64,000 bases of DNA from Octopus sinensis. Its lineage: Eukaryota. The notes below the pieces were generated by a model. That model was not told the origin of the DNA, did no database searches, and saw only the letters and a program-made list of their open reading frames with translations. Location of the stretch: contig NC_043026.1 of the NCBI RefSeq assembly GCF_006345805.1, forward strand, positions 8,928,001 through 8,992,000, written 5' to 3'. Positions 1 to 14,223 of this stretch are shown one piece after another. Positions within the stretch are counted from its first letter, which is position 1; the number at the start of each line of letters is the position of its first letter. The translations under genes and the position numbers were made by a program.

Positions 1-550
1 TTTTGTATGTTATGATTGATTATGTTTTTAAAATTGGTAGTTGAACTAAAACTAATTTTTAAATTGTGTCTATTGAAGAGTTTCCTATAAGCATGGTTAA
101 CTGGAAAATGTCTATCTATCAGTGCTAGGAAATATTTACCTATATTGAAGGCCACCTCGGGTGAGTAAGGGGGCGTAAACCAGATGACCTTCCTATTTCT
201 ATTATTCCTTTTCCTTACTGTTGGGCTAGTGATAGGTGTATATTTTATTTTTTCGCTAAAACCACTATCTTTTAAAGCTTTATTATAAACTGGGGCAACG
301 CTATTGAAGATGTCCTCATTAGATGAGAGGCTAGAAATCCTCTTACTAATATTTTTAACTAAATTTTTGAATACTATAGGGGGATGGCATGAACCTACAT
401 TAATATAACTTAGTCTATCATTGGGCTTCCTATAAGGCTTATAAATATTATTATTAAGATCTAAGGAAACGTCTAAGAAATTGACAACCGTCAGGTTAGT
501 GTCTATAGTTATACTAAGTCCGAAGTGTTTCATTAACTGGATAATATCTA
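1..550 (-). mobile_element. Penelope-like element fragment (RT C-terminus/thumb and linker toward GIY-YIG); continues off the window
   Basis: Hand translation of the minus strand is stop-free: DIIQLMKHFGLSITIDTNLTVVNFLDVSLDLNNNIYKPYRKPNDRLSYINVGSCHPP...RKVIWFTPPYS...LIDRHFP...KLFNRHNLKISFS. These are typical PLE motifs (FLDV..L, YRKP, SxHP, IWFxPPYS). The ORF track misses it because it has no start codon. Confidence 0.85.
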
Positions 551-880
551 TGGCTGATAGAATAAGTGCTAAGCTGAAAAAATAAATCCTAGCATTGATT
601 CTATTGACTGAAGCCTTTAAAGCTGGTGCTCCAGCATGACCACAGTCAAAACAACTAAAACCAGTAAAAAAGTGTGTGTGTGTGTGTATTTATGAATGTG
701 GAGCTGGAGTTTAGAAATATGTTAGCTTCAAACAGGATTTTGTGATGTAAATATTAATAAATTAGAAAGTTCTGTTGTTCAGTTAAATGTTTATTTCTAG
801 AGTTTATCTTTATGGAAATGTTGAATCTGTATTTTTTTAAGTAGCCTCCATATCTTACACTGTTGTTTCTTTATTATTTC

Positions 881-882
881 AG
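881..882 (+). promoter_or_regulatory. Splice acceptor of the ZNF-A coding exon
   Basis: tgttgtttctttattatttcAG|aatatcag; same motif at equivalent positions in C (14580), D (21123), E (30217), F (42023) and H (47442). Confidence 0.65.
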
Positions 883-1237
883 AATATCAGATGACATTGG
901 CATAACCAAAGATACATTCTCATTATTTATCATCTTTTAAAGACCAGAATGAAAATATTTTACTGAACAGATATATAAGATTGTTTCTATGAATCTGTGG
1001 TGGAATTCCTCTGATATATTTACTCTGAATTGTGTTATTAGCAAACCTTCTGGACATCACTGGTTGGAGTGTCTACACGATGAGTCTGTTTGCAGATTGA
1101 ACGTGGATAAATTTAGTTGTTTTGTGACAAAGGTAACAGTGGCCAGAAATATAACAGTTAAAATATTTGTAAACAAAAGACTATAGAAGCAAAAAGAATA
1201 AAAAAAGAAGGTATATTGTGAAGTTGAAGGAAAAATA

Positions 1238-2825
<1,588 letters not shown>

Positions 2826-3224
2826 TGATATTTGCGCTAAATCATAATCTCTAAGGGGTTACTGAAACCCTTTACCATGCAGGTTATTCTGTCGAATGTG
2901 AGGGTTATTTATTCACATTAATTTCAATTTCTCATCCATTAACTCACAGTTTTCAAGTTTTGATGATGTGGTTGTGTATTTTCAGAATGGCATCGTATGG
3001 TAGGTGCAAGAGGCTGAGTCTGTCTATGTGCTATGTTAAAGGGATGTTTTGATAAAGGTTTAGTAAAATTCTATGAATTAGAAAAAAGATATTTAATTTT
3101 AATTCTCAAATTTTTATCAATTTTTGCGTGATATTAAAGGGACTCTACTCATATATGAACTTAGGCGCACACACACACACAGACACAAGAGATAAAAGAC
3201 AATACAAAGAGTTTTCAAATTGAG

Positions 3225-3402
3225 TAAACAGGAAATAACATTGGTATGTAGCTTGCTTACCAACCACATGGTTCCGGGTTCAGTCACACTGCGTGGCACC
3301 TTAGGCAAGTGTCTTCTACTATAGCCTCAAGCCGACCACAGCCTTGTGAGTGGATTTGGTAGACGGAAACTAAAAGAAGCCTGTCGTATATATATATATA
3401 TG

Positions 3403-3452
<50 letters not shown>

Positions 3453-3663
3453 TGCAGGAGTGGCTGTGTGGTAAGTAGCTTGCTTACCAACCACATGGTT
3501 CCGGGTTCAGTCCCACTGCGTGGCACCTTAGGCAAGTGTCTTCTACTATAGCCTCGGGCCGACCAAAGCCTTGTGAGTGGATTTGGTAGACAGGAACTGA
3601 AAGAAGCCCATCATATATATATATAGAGAGATGTAGGCGCAGGAGTGGCTGTGTGGTAAGTAG
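3225..3663 (+). mobile_element. Three tandem heads of tRNA-derived SINE family A, with a (TA)n tract
   Basis: ggcgcaggagtggctgtgtggtaag (A-box-like) and ggttcagtccc (B-box-like); the third head is cut at 3663. Confidence 0.85.
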
Positions 3664-6600
3664 TCGAAGTCGGACGTGTTTTTTTGGCGGTGAGTCACAC
3701 GTGTTATTGCACGTGGATAATTTTTCTGCTGTTGAACGTTTATTGTTAAATATTTTCGTGAACTTTGTGAATTTTTGTGCTTTCTTCCCGGTGACGGGAA
3801 AAAGTAATTATTGAAACATTGAAGTCATTAATATTGAATTTATTAATATTGTTGATATTGAGCTTGTTAAAGCCGTTGTATGTTTTATTGTCGCCCCCAC
3901 CTCCCGCGGGGGTGGCATTTGAACTGTTATCCTTATTAAATGGGAAAAAAATATTATAGGCTTCCCATTTTTGGGATAAGCAAATTGTTGTTGTGAAGGA
4001 AAAAAAAAATTTTAGCCATTGTAGGCTCTAATGTGGCATCCGCCCGTAGCACGGGCGAGATTTGAACTGTTGTCGTCGCTGTGAGAAAAATAAAATATAG
4101 GTTTCCCATTTGGGGATTTCGTTGTTGTGTGAAAAATGAATTTCGAATCCCAGCGGTGTTGGGATTTGAACTTTGGACTGCGGATATAAAAATTATCTAT
4201 TTTTGTTCTCTGTGAGAGGAAAATTCTTTCTAAAGGTCTCCCAGTCTTGTGGGAAACCAATTTCTCTTCAACCATGTCGGTTGAAATAATACATGAAAAA
4301 TCTGCTCTTGTAGAGAGCAATGTTGATGTTGGCAATTGCGCCTACACTGTGAAAGAATTTTCAGCAGTTGCCGCAGTGGCACCAAAAATATTGATATATC
4401 TGCAGACATGTTGCAGGGATATTTTAAAAGGATGAAGGAAGAGGGAGGTGATGTTGTGATATCACACTCCTCCACCGTGTTAGAAACAGAGAAGAGGGCC
4501 GTGGTGTATAAAACCTTCTGCCGACAAGAGAAAAGGTTTAAACACTTCGTAAAAGAAACTATAGAAAAATACCTGGCCCCGATATGGACGGATATAGTGT
4601 ATATCTCGAGGGGACAGGCATACAGTTCTGTTGAGGTCCAATTCTCAGAGGAAGAGGTGGCTCGCGGGCATTCCGTGTGTCCCCTGAAGACCAAAGAAGT
4701 GGTACTTCTGCCAACTTATATGGGATGAAGAACATCCCGTGTAAGAATCAACAAAGTCCCGCCTACAATAGACCGTAAAGAAGTGGTGGCTGCCCTGCTG
4801 TTTAATAGGATGGACCGTATAAACATACTACAATCTACTAGTTCCGTCCCACAGAATTGGTTAGGGCGGAACATCTCTGTTTTAATACAAGGGAAATAGG
4901 AGGACATTCAGGTCCTACCAGAGAGAGTGCTCATTGGGGAGAATGTGGCCCTTAGGATACAGGTGGAAGGCCGTAAGCCAACCTGTTACCAATGCGGAAA
5001 AAAGGGCCACATTCGAGCTGATTGTGAAGAAGAAAAAAAGTCGCAAACACCAGGCCCCTCAAATAACCCAAAAAAACCCAGCCCCTGCAAACACACCAAC
5101 CCCCACAAACAAAAACTCCCAACCCCGTTGTTGAGGTGCTAGTCTCCAAACAAAGTATAGAAAAACCCAGCCCCGGCACGCACAAGTCCCTACAAAAATA
5201 AAATTACCCAACCCCCTTGGAAGATGCGGCACCAACAGAAAACACTGTGTCGGAAGAAATTGTCACCCACCCCTCAGATAATAACATGGAGGTTTCAGAG
5301 GGTGGATTTACACCAGTGGGAAAAAAACGTTCTCGTAGACCTTCCCCACCCACATCCCCCACACAAAACAGAAAAAACACACCACAGACAACGAAAAAGA
5401 AACCCTGCCCTACTGTCCCGGAAGAAAACCAAAATTTAATTTTAATAGAATATGATACAACGGACACGTACACTAATGACATCATTGTACAGCATAAAAA
5501 GACTATATTGTACCCCCTACTCCAAGAATGGAAGAACAGATGTGCAATGTTAGACGAATCCCTATACCGAGAATTAAGGGACAGGAAAATTGTGGACTTG
5601 CCAAACTGTGAAGAGAGACAAGAAGGGGACGGATCCACGTGTGGTGAGGTCAGCCCCCAAATCTCCAAAGAAATCTAAGTAGAGCTTTTACTTTTTGTAA
5701 TGGCGTCTCTTAACCTTGGTTGTTTAATGTGCGTGGTCTGAGTTCAAAGTGGAAGCAGGCGTGTTTCCTCGACGATCTCAGATCACATGATATGCATGTG
5801 ATGGTTTCTACAGAGACCAAGCTGGACAGTCTACAAACCTTCTCGCCTCTCCTGAATGGCTACGAGAAAATCATGTCTCCTGGCCAGACCGGAGGGCGAG
5901 GGGAAGTTGTGGTACTGATCCGTAAAGGCTTAGCTCTGCAGACAAGCACAGTCTATGTGGACCCTGAAGGTGGGCTGGTCGTCCTTGATGTGACATACAG
6001 CAGTAAGGCCTTCAGGTTGATCGGACTCTATGCACCTTGTGCTAGAGGCTTCCAAACTGAATTTTATCGTGACGTCGAAGACTTTAGTAGTATTAGGGGA
6101 CTTTAATGCTATCGTTGACGTACACATTGATAGTGTTGGCTCGATCTATAGGAAAGTGAACTCACGTCTCGTGGATCTGCTTAAGCGGTTTCAGCTGGCA
6201 GATCGTTACAGACTTGACCATCTGAACGTCCCAGAGTAGACCTGGATGAGTGGTGACGGAAGCTTCAAGTCTTATCTAGACAGGATAGTGATAAGAACTA
6301 GAGATAAGTCTAGTTTTAGTTGTCCACAGCTCGTCCTGGTGCCCTATACTGACCATAGAATGGTCAAGTGTAGACTGGACATAGGTAGCACACTAAAGAT
6401 AGGACCCGGCTACAAGTCTATTTTGACTTGTGAGGCATACCACAGTCGGATTAAGGAGTTAGTACAGAGGGCGTTAACCGGAGCCGTGGTTAATAACCGG
6501 TGGTGGTTCGCCCTGAAAAGAGCCATTCGATTCGAGTCCATTAGGTTTAGTAAGCAACTAAGATTAGACAGGGCTAGAATAGAAGGGCAATTAGTTAAGA

Positions 6601-6731
6601 ACTTAGAGGAGGCGTTGAGGTTGGGCTCTGCATCTCGCGTTTTGGCGGCGAGAACGGCATTAGACCATCACCTCAAAACCAAACATGAGGGGTGTAGAGT
6701 TCTGGTTAAAGTGCGAGCATTGGGCCGGTAG
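3664..6731 (+). mobile_element. Tx1/L1-like LINE family 1: 5'UTR, disrupted ORF1 (~4432-5678) with CCHC knuckle, and APE endonuclease part of ORF2 (5700-6731); RT missing
   Basis: CYQCGKKGHIRADC (CX2CX4HX4C); MASLNLGCL/NVRGL..., ETKLD, LGDFNA, SYLDRI, TDHRMV APE motifs; several stops and frameshifts. Confidence 0.85.
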
Positions 6732-7417
<686 letters not shown>

Positions 7418-7756
7418 TATTTGTGCTAAATCATAATCTGTAAGGGGTGACTGAACCCTTTACCATGCAGATTATTCTGTCGAATGTGAGGGTTATTTAT
7501 TCACATTATTTTCAATTTGTCCTGCATTAACCCACAGCTTTCAAATTTTGATGATATGATTGTGTATTTCCACAATGACATTGTAGGGTAGGTGTAAGAA
7601 GCCGACTCTGACTAGTTTGATCATAAAATAGGTAGAATATTTGGGCCAGATATGGCTGGTTTAAATTCTAAAGAGTGGACACTAGATGTACCAACACTTC
7701 TTACTTCTCACAAGGACCATAAGGGGCCATTATTGACTGCCATTGAAAATATTTCA

Positions 7757-7975
7757 TCATCATCATTTAACGTCCGTTTTCCATGCTAGCATGGGTTGGA
7801 CAGTTCAACTGGGGTCTGGGAAGCCTGTAGGCTGCACCAGGCTCTTGTCTGATCTGGCAGTGTTTCTACAGCTGGATGCCCTTCCTAATGCCAACCACTC
7901 TGTGAGTGTAGTGGGTGCGTTTATGTGCCACCTGCACAGGTGCCAGACGAGGCTGGCAGACGGCCACGATCGGAT
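7757..7975 (-). mobile_element. RTE 3'UTR fragment with (GAT)n tail
   Basis: Matches the 3'UTR attached to the RTE RT end at 25552-26312. Confidence 0.75.
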
Positions 7976-8339
7976 ATTTTAAATACAGTCCTGCCCTGTC
8001 TCACTGTAGCATTGCTCTCCGCTAGTCCTGACCTGTATGTTCCACCCCCATTCCCTGTCTTACTGTATTATTGCTACTGGCTTGCCCTCAACCTATGTCT
8101 TCCACCCACATGTAACAAGAAAACTTTTTACACACCCTACCCCCAACCAATCTACATCTCTTCTTCACATTCCTTCCATACACTATGCCTACCTCTCACT
8201 CCCCCAATCCTGCCCTCATGGTGCTGTTCCTCTGTATCATTGCTATCCGGTAGCACCCTGACCCTATATAATACCCAGGTTGTCATCACTCAACACCTCC
8301 TACACTCTAATCATGCTTCCTTTGCAGTACCCTATTCCT

Positions 8340-8702
8340 TTACTACCCACAAGGGGCTAAACACAGAGAGGACAAACAAGGACAGACAAAGGGATTAAGT
8401 CGATTACATTGACCCCAGTGCGTAACTTGTACTTAATTTATCGACCCCGAAAGGATGAAAGGCAAAGTCAACCTCGGCGGAATTTGAACTCAGAACGTCG
8501 CGGCAGACGAAATACCTATTTCTTTACTACCCACAAGGGGCTAAACACAGAGCGGACAAACAAACGGATTAAGTCAATTACATCGACCCCAGTGTGTAAC
8601 TGGTACTTATTTAAACGACCCCGAAATGATGTAAGGCAAAGTCGACCTCGGCAGAATTTGAACTCAGAACGTAGCGTCTAATGTTTCTGCCAGCTCGTCG
8701 CC
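8340..8702 (-). mobile_element. SINE family B multimer with imperfect ~22-bp flanking direct repeat
   Basis: Repeated tactacccacaaggggctaaacacagag units; cctttgcagtaccctattcctt / cctttgcagtatcctgtccctt on either side. Confidence 0.75.
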
Positions 8703-9399
8703 TTTGCAGTATCCTGTCCCTTATATTATGACGTTTGAACCTCAAGAGTATGGCCTAACCCTTGCCACCATCTATATCTCCCTCTTCCTTTACTCAACTA
8801 TCCCCATTTACATTCTGATCCCCCTCCCTATTGAATACGCCCATCATTTTGCCACTATCTCCATCGTGTTGTCTCCCACCCTCTATCTCCTCCTGCATTT
8901 CCCTCAGGCTGGGTAACCATGTGTCTCCTTTGTGGCGGCACACCCGTTTCTGTCTTCATTCCTGATCTCTCTCTCTCTCTGGCCTGGTAAACTTGTACTT
9001 CCTCTACAGCAACGGACAGATCACAACAAAAGATGCTGCCCAACACACAGAAACAAACCAGGAAGATGCTACAGAATTTCAACTGTGATACAACTCCCAC
9101 TGTTCCAGATAGAGTTCGTTAAAACTTGCCAAACCTGTTACTTCACAATATGTAAGACATTTGCCATGTATTTTTATAAGGGGTTGTAATAAATAACAGT
9201 TGCATTGAATTTACCTGGTTCTTCTTGTCATTCTTTTGTATTCGGTAACTCCAGGCAGACAGACTAGACCAGTGAATGCATAACCAACACACAGCTACAT
9301 CAAGATGAACCAGCCACGGTTAACTCGCAAGCAAAACTCATAACCAACACTCTGTATATATAAGTGTGTATGTATATGTGTCTGTGTCTGTCTCCCAGT

Positions 9400-9870
9400 A
9401 TTTCATGACAACTGGTGTTGGTGTGTTTACATCTTCATATCTTGGCTGTTCAGCAAAAGGGGCCATTAGAATAAGCACTAGATTTAATTAAAAAAGAAAA
9501 ATAAGTATTGCGGTCGATTCATTCAACTGAAATTTCTTCTGGGCGGTGCCCCCCACTATGGATGCAATCAAATGACTGAAACAAGTAAAAGATGAAAGAA
9601 ACACCAACACAGACACACATGAGACAATGGCCATTTTTAGACAATGCAAGATTAAGAGCAACTGGATGAGGCTGGATATAACCAACACTCATTATATGTA
9701 TGTCTTCGATGTTGATCTCCCAGTATTGCTTGACGACTGATGCTGGTGCGTTTACGTCCCTGTAACTTAGCTGTTCAGCAAAAGAGACTGATAGAATAAG
9801 CACCAGGCTTAGCAAAAGAATAAGTACTGGGGTCGATTCATTTGACTAAAATTTCTTTGTGGCATTGCTC
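9400..9870 (+). mobile_element. Two degenerate SINE-A 3' halves
   Basis: gatagaataag...ggtcgattcatt...aaacaagtaaaag motifs. Confidence 0.6.
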
Positions 9871-10069
9871 CAGGTCGGCCGCAATCATATCATTGAATTT
9901 GATAAAAGATGAGAGAAATACAAACAAAGATGATGCAAGATTAACCCTTTCGTTACAGTATTTATTTTGAGATGCTCTGTGTTTCTTTCAATTATTTTAA
10001 ATATAACAAAGAAATCGAAATTGAACCAATCTTATGACTGGCACCCGGCAGTTGCCAGGACCGCTGGAC

Positions 10070-11493
10070 TGACTCCTGTGCAGGTGGCAAGTGAAGAAAC
10101 ACCATTTAGACCCGGCCATCCTCAAAAAATCTGGAAAGACCAGACTTTCGGCTGATTGGGTCCATAGGGTCAAAACAGCTTTTGACCCCTCCCAATCAGC
10201 TGCAGGCAACACTTTCACATTAAGCAGCATGGTACTGCTACCACCCAGACCCCGGCGGATAGAGTCCTCTATCCACTCGGGCTCAACTCCGGCTGGCAAA
10301 CCGCAGATCCAAGCTTTCAACAATTTCTTTCCACAGTAGCTTGGAAGAAACATTATTTCCTCGCCCTCGAGGAGCTGACTTGCAAAATCGCAAGCTTCTT
10401 GGGGGTAGTCAAACAGCAACCAGACCGTTGCATATTTGACACCCCGTGAAATAAATTTAATGGCTGGCATGTAATCTGCCAGCTCATTCAAAATTGTGGC
10501 CCTCGGGAAGACGGCTATGGTGTTGAGCGACTTTGAATAAGTCCTCAACACCACCGTCTTCCTTTCAAGCTCTTTTCACCATTTTTGGGGAGGTGTCAAG
10601 TCCAACACAAGAAATTCCTTTGCCATTTCAACACAAAGTTCAATTACAGTTCAAAATGTAAGAAAATAAAACAAGACACAAAAAAAGAAGGGAAGAAATA
10701 AAATAAAAAATAACAGTTCAAAAACGAGTTCTTTTATTCTTTTAAATAAACGAAAGCTTTGAAGAAGAGAGTTCAAATCCAGGCAAAGAAATAAATTAAT
10801 TTTCGGCCGAAAAGGTACTCCTGGCCAAATGTACATAGGTTCCTTGGTATGAATCGTCTTTACCCGTAATTGGTAAAAGAAATCCAAACACAATACTGGC
10901 TACAGCCAACGGTAACTGTAACAGGTTCTAATCATTAGGGCGAGGATACGTCCCTCCACTGTTTTTGTTTTTTTTATGAATCCAAAATATTCACACTAAA
11001 TTCACAAAACAGCAGCCACCGAGAGCAGGCGAAATTTGTTAACAAAAAATAACAATATAACAAATTACACCCAGCTCAGATAAAACAAAATCACTGGCCT
11101 CGACAACCTTCTCTGTTTTTGTTCTTTTTTCTTGTAATTGGCCAGAGCCAAAACACTCACCTCCACCTTGCAAAAACAGTCCTTCCTGCCTTGGTAATCC
11201 ACAGACACGAAGATAATTTTTGCGGAGGGGCTACGCCTCCTCGAAAACACAATTCTCACTGCAAAGTGAGTCTTTATAGGCGGCCACAGGCAGGCAAATG
11301 TCTGGAGCAGAGTGGAGTCTATTACTCACCAAAAAATATTAAATACAGGGCAACAAACTCCACTAAACCCTCAAAAAATACGACAAACGCCTACCTGTAG
11401 TCGAGCCTCAAAGTTCAATATTTCACGACGAAAGACGTGACATCAAGCAGCAAGAACTCTCCGCCAAAAACAAACACGTCCGTCTCCGACAAA
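10070..11493 (-). mobile_element. Tx1-like LINE family 2: 5'UTR and N-terminal ORF1 (~10625 to ~10095), 3'-truncated
   Basis: ELERKTVVLRTY / IKFISRGVKYATVWLLF / EIMFLPSYCG align with family-1 ORF1 ETEKRAVVYKTF / IVYISRGQAYSSVEVQF / EVVLLPTYMG; shared 5'-terminal motif. Confidence 0.75.
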
Positions 11494-11921
11494 GGGAAGC
11501 AAGCTACTTACCACACAACTACTCCTGTTTACTCAATTTGAAAACTCTTTGTATTGTCTTTTGTCTCCTGTGTCTGTGTGTGCGCCTAAGTTCATATATG
11601 AGTAATGTCCCTTTAATGTCACGCAAAAATTGATAAAAATTTGAGAATTAAAATTAAATATCTTTTTTCTAATTGATAAAATTTTACTAAACCTTTATCA
11701 ATACATCCCTTTAACATAGCACATAGCCAGACTCAGCCTCTTGCACCTACCATACGATGCCATTCTGAAAATACACAACCACATCATCAAAACTTGAAAG
11801 CTGTGAGTTAATGCATGACAAATTGAAAATAATGTGAGTAAATAAACATCACATTAGACAGAATAACCTGCATGGTAAAGGGTTCCGGTAATCCCTTAGA
11901 GATTATGATTTAGCGCAAATA

Positions 11922-13094
11922 TTAGTGGGATTGCTTCTTCCCCTGATGAACACATTTGTGAGAAGTTAAGCTGCTATGTTGAGTAAATGACCTTCCACAG
12001 ATATCACAAGGATATAGCTTCTCTCCTGTATGGATACGTTTGTGAGAAATGAAAGCACTTTGGTGAGAGAATGATTTACCACAGATATCACAGTGATATG
12101 GCTTCTCTCCTGTATGAAGACGTTTGTGAGTAGTTAAGTTGCAACTTTGAGAGAATGATTTACCACAGATTTCACAGTGAAATGGTGTCTCTCCTGTATG
12201 AATACGTTTGTGTAAAGTCAAATAAATTTTTTGAGAGAATAATTTACCACAGATATCACAAGAATATGGTGTTTCTCCTGTATGAATACGTCTGTGTCCA
12301 GTTAAGTTAGAACTCACGGTGAATGATTTACCACAGATATCACAGTGATATGGCTTCTCTCCAGTATGAAGACGTTTGTGAGTAGCTAAGTTGCAACTTT
12401 GAGAGAATGATTTACCACAGATTTCACAGTGAAATGGTGTCTCTCCTGTATGAATACGTTTATGAGTAGTTAGGTTCCTTCTATCAGAGAAAGATTTGTT
12501 ACAGATGTTGCACTGATATGGTTTCTCTCCTGTATGAATATGTTTGTGTAAAGTCAAGTGATCTTTTCGAGAGAATGTTTTACCACAGATGTCACAGTGA
12601 AATGGCTTCTCTCCCGTATGAATACGCTTGTGTCTAGTGACGTGTATGGCTGAAAGGAATGATTTACCACAAATGCCACAATGATAAGGCTTCTCTTCTG
12701 CATGGATATGTCTGTGACGAGTTAAGAAACTGCTTACAGCAAATGATTTACCACAAATATCACACTGAAATGGGTTCTCTCCTGTATGAATACGTTTATG
12801 ATAAGTTAGAGCACTTTTACCAGAAAATAATTTACCACAGATATTACAGGAATATGGTTTCTCTCCTGTATGAATACGTTTGTGAGGAGTTAAAGCACTT
12901 CTTTGAGAGAATGATTTACCACAGATTTCACAGTGAAATGGCTTCTCTCCTGTATGAATACGGTTGTGCCTATTTAAGTTACCTTTTTGTGAGAAAGACT
13001 TTTTACACACATCACAGTCATGTGACAATTTTTGTCTCTCTTTTTTGCTAACTTCTGGTAAAATCTGTTCCTTCACTTTCTGACTCTTTTCCAT
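11922..13094 (-). CDS. C2H2 zinc-finger protein B, 13 fingers
   Basis: Open 390-aa [13 protein letters not shown]...HQGKKQSH. Confidence 0.92.
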   Translation of the reverse strand: MEKSQKVKEQILPEVSKKERQKLSHDCDVCKKSFSQKGNLNRHNRIHTGEKPFHCEICGKSFSQRSALTPHKRIHTGEKPYSCNICGKLFSGKSALTYHKRIHTGENPFQCDICGKSFAVSSFLTRHRHIHAEEKPYHCGICGKSFLSAIHVTRHKRIHTGEKPFHCDICGKTFSRKDHLTLHKHIHTGEKPYQCNICNKSFSDRRNLTTHKRIHTGETPFHCEICGKSFSQSCNLATHKRLHTGEKPYHCDICGKSFTVSSNLTGHRRIHTGETPYSCDICGKLFSQKIYLTLHKRIHTGETPFHCEICGKSFSQSCNLTTHKRLHTGEKPYHCDICGKSFSHQSAFISHKRIHTGEKLYPCDICGRSFTQHSSLTSHKCVHQGKKQSH

Positions 13095-13302
13095 TATTTT
13101 TCCTTCAACTTCACAATATACCTTCTTTTATTATTCTTTTTGCTTCTGTAGTCTTTTGTTTACAAATATTTCAACTGTTGTATTTCTGGCCACTGTTACC
13201 TTTGTCACAAAACAACTAAATTTATCCACGTTCAATCTGCAGAATAACCTGCATGGTAAAGGGTTTCAGTAACCCCTTAGAGATTATGATTTAGCGCAAA
13301 TA

Positions 13303-14223
13303 TTAGTGGGATTGCTTCTTCCCCTGATGAACACGTTTGTGAGAAGTTAAGCTGCTACGTTGAGTGAATGACCTTCCACAGATATCACAAGGATATAGCT
13401 TCTCTCCTGTATGAATACGTTTGTGAGAAATGAAAGCACTTTGGCGAGAGAATGATTTATCACAGATATCACAGTGATATGGTGTCTCTCCTGTATGAAT
13501 ACGTTTGTGAGAAGCTAAGTTGCCACTTTGAGAGAATGATTTACCACAGATTTCACAAGAATATGGTGTTTCTCTTGTATGAATACGTTTATGGCTAATT
13601 AGGTTACTACTGTCAGAGAAAGATTTGTTACAGACATCACAGGGATATGGCTTCTCTCCTGTATGGAGACGTTTATGAGCAGTTAAGTTGCCACTTTGAG
13701 AGAATGATTTACCACAAATGCCACAATGATAAGGCTTCTCTTCTGCATGGATATGTCTGTGACTAGTTAAGAAACTCCTTACAGCAAATGATTTACCACA
13801 AATATCACAGTGAAATGGCTTCTCTCCTGTATGAATAAGTTTATGATAAGTTAGAGCACTTTTACCAGAAAATGATTTACCACAGATATTACAGGAATAT
13901 GGTGTTTCTCCTGTATGAATACGTTTGTGATGAGTTAAAGCACTTCGTTGAGAGAATGATTTACCACAATTATCACACTGAAATGGCGTCTCACCTGTAT
14001 GAATACGTTTATGATAAGTTAGAGCACTTTTACCAGAAAATGATTTACCACAAATATCACAGGGAAATGGCTTCTCTCCTGTATGAATACGTTTGTGCCT
14101 ATTTAAGTTATCTTTTCTTGAGAAAGACTTTTTACACACATCACAATCATGTGACAATTTTTGTCTCTCTTTTTTGCTATCTTCTGGTAAAATCTGTTCC
14201 TTCACTTTCTCACTCTTTTCCAT
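13303..14223 (-). CDS. C2H2 zinc-finger protein C, 10 fingers
   Basis: Open 306-aa ORF. Confidence 0.92.
   Translation of the reverse strand: MEKSEKVKEQILPEDSKKERQKLSHDCDVCKKSFSRKDNLNRHKRIHTGEKPFPCDICGKSFSGKSALTYHKRIHTGETPFQCDNCGKSFSQRSALTHHKRIHTGETPYSCNICGKSFSGKSALTYHKLIHTGEKPFHCDICGKSFAVRSFLTSHRHIHAEEKPYHCGICGKSFSQSGNLTAHKRLHTGEKPYPCDVCNKSFSDSSNLISHKRIHTRETPYSCEICGKSFSQSGNLASHKRIHTGETPYHCDICDKSFSRQSAFISHKRIHTGEKLYPCDICGRSFTQRSSLTSHKRVHQGKKQSH

Noticed and set aside
1184-1201. A-to-I recoding of the upstream TAG/TAA stops to extend the ZNF N-terminus
   Set aside because: It needs three edits in A with no local duplex seen, H has a TGA instead, and E is frameshifted.
3451-3520. tRNA genes
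   Set aside because: A/B-box sequences are SINE heads; I could not fold a complete cloverleaf for any of them.
8855-9340. Possible exons of an unrelated gene
   Set aside because: Only short ORFs and one GT donor; no recognisable product or partner exons.
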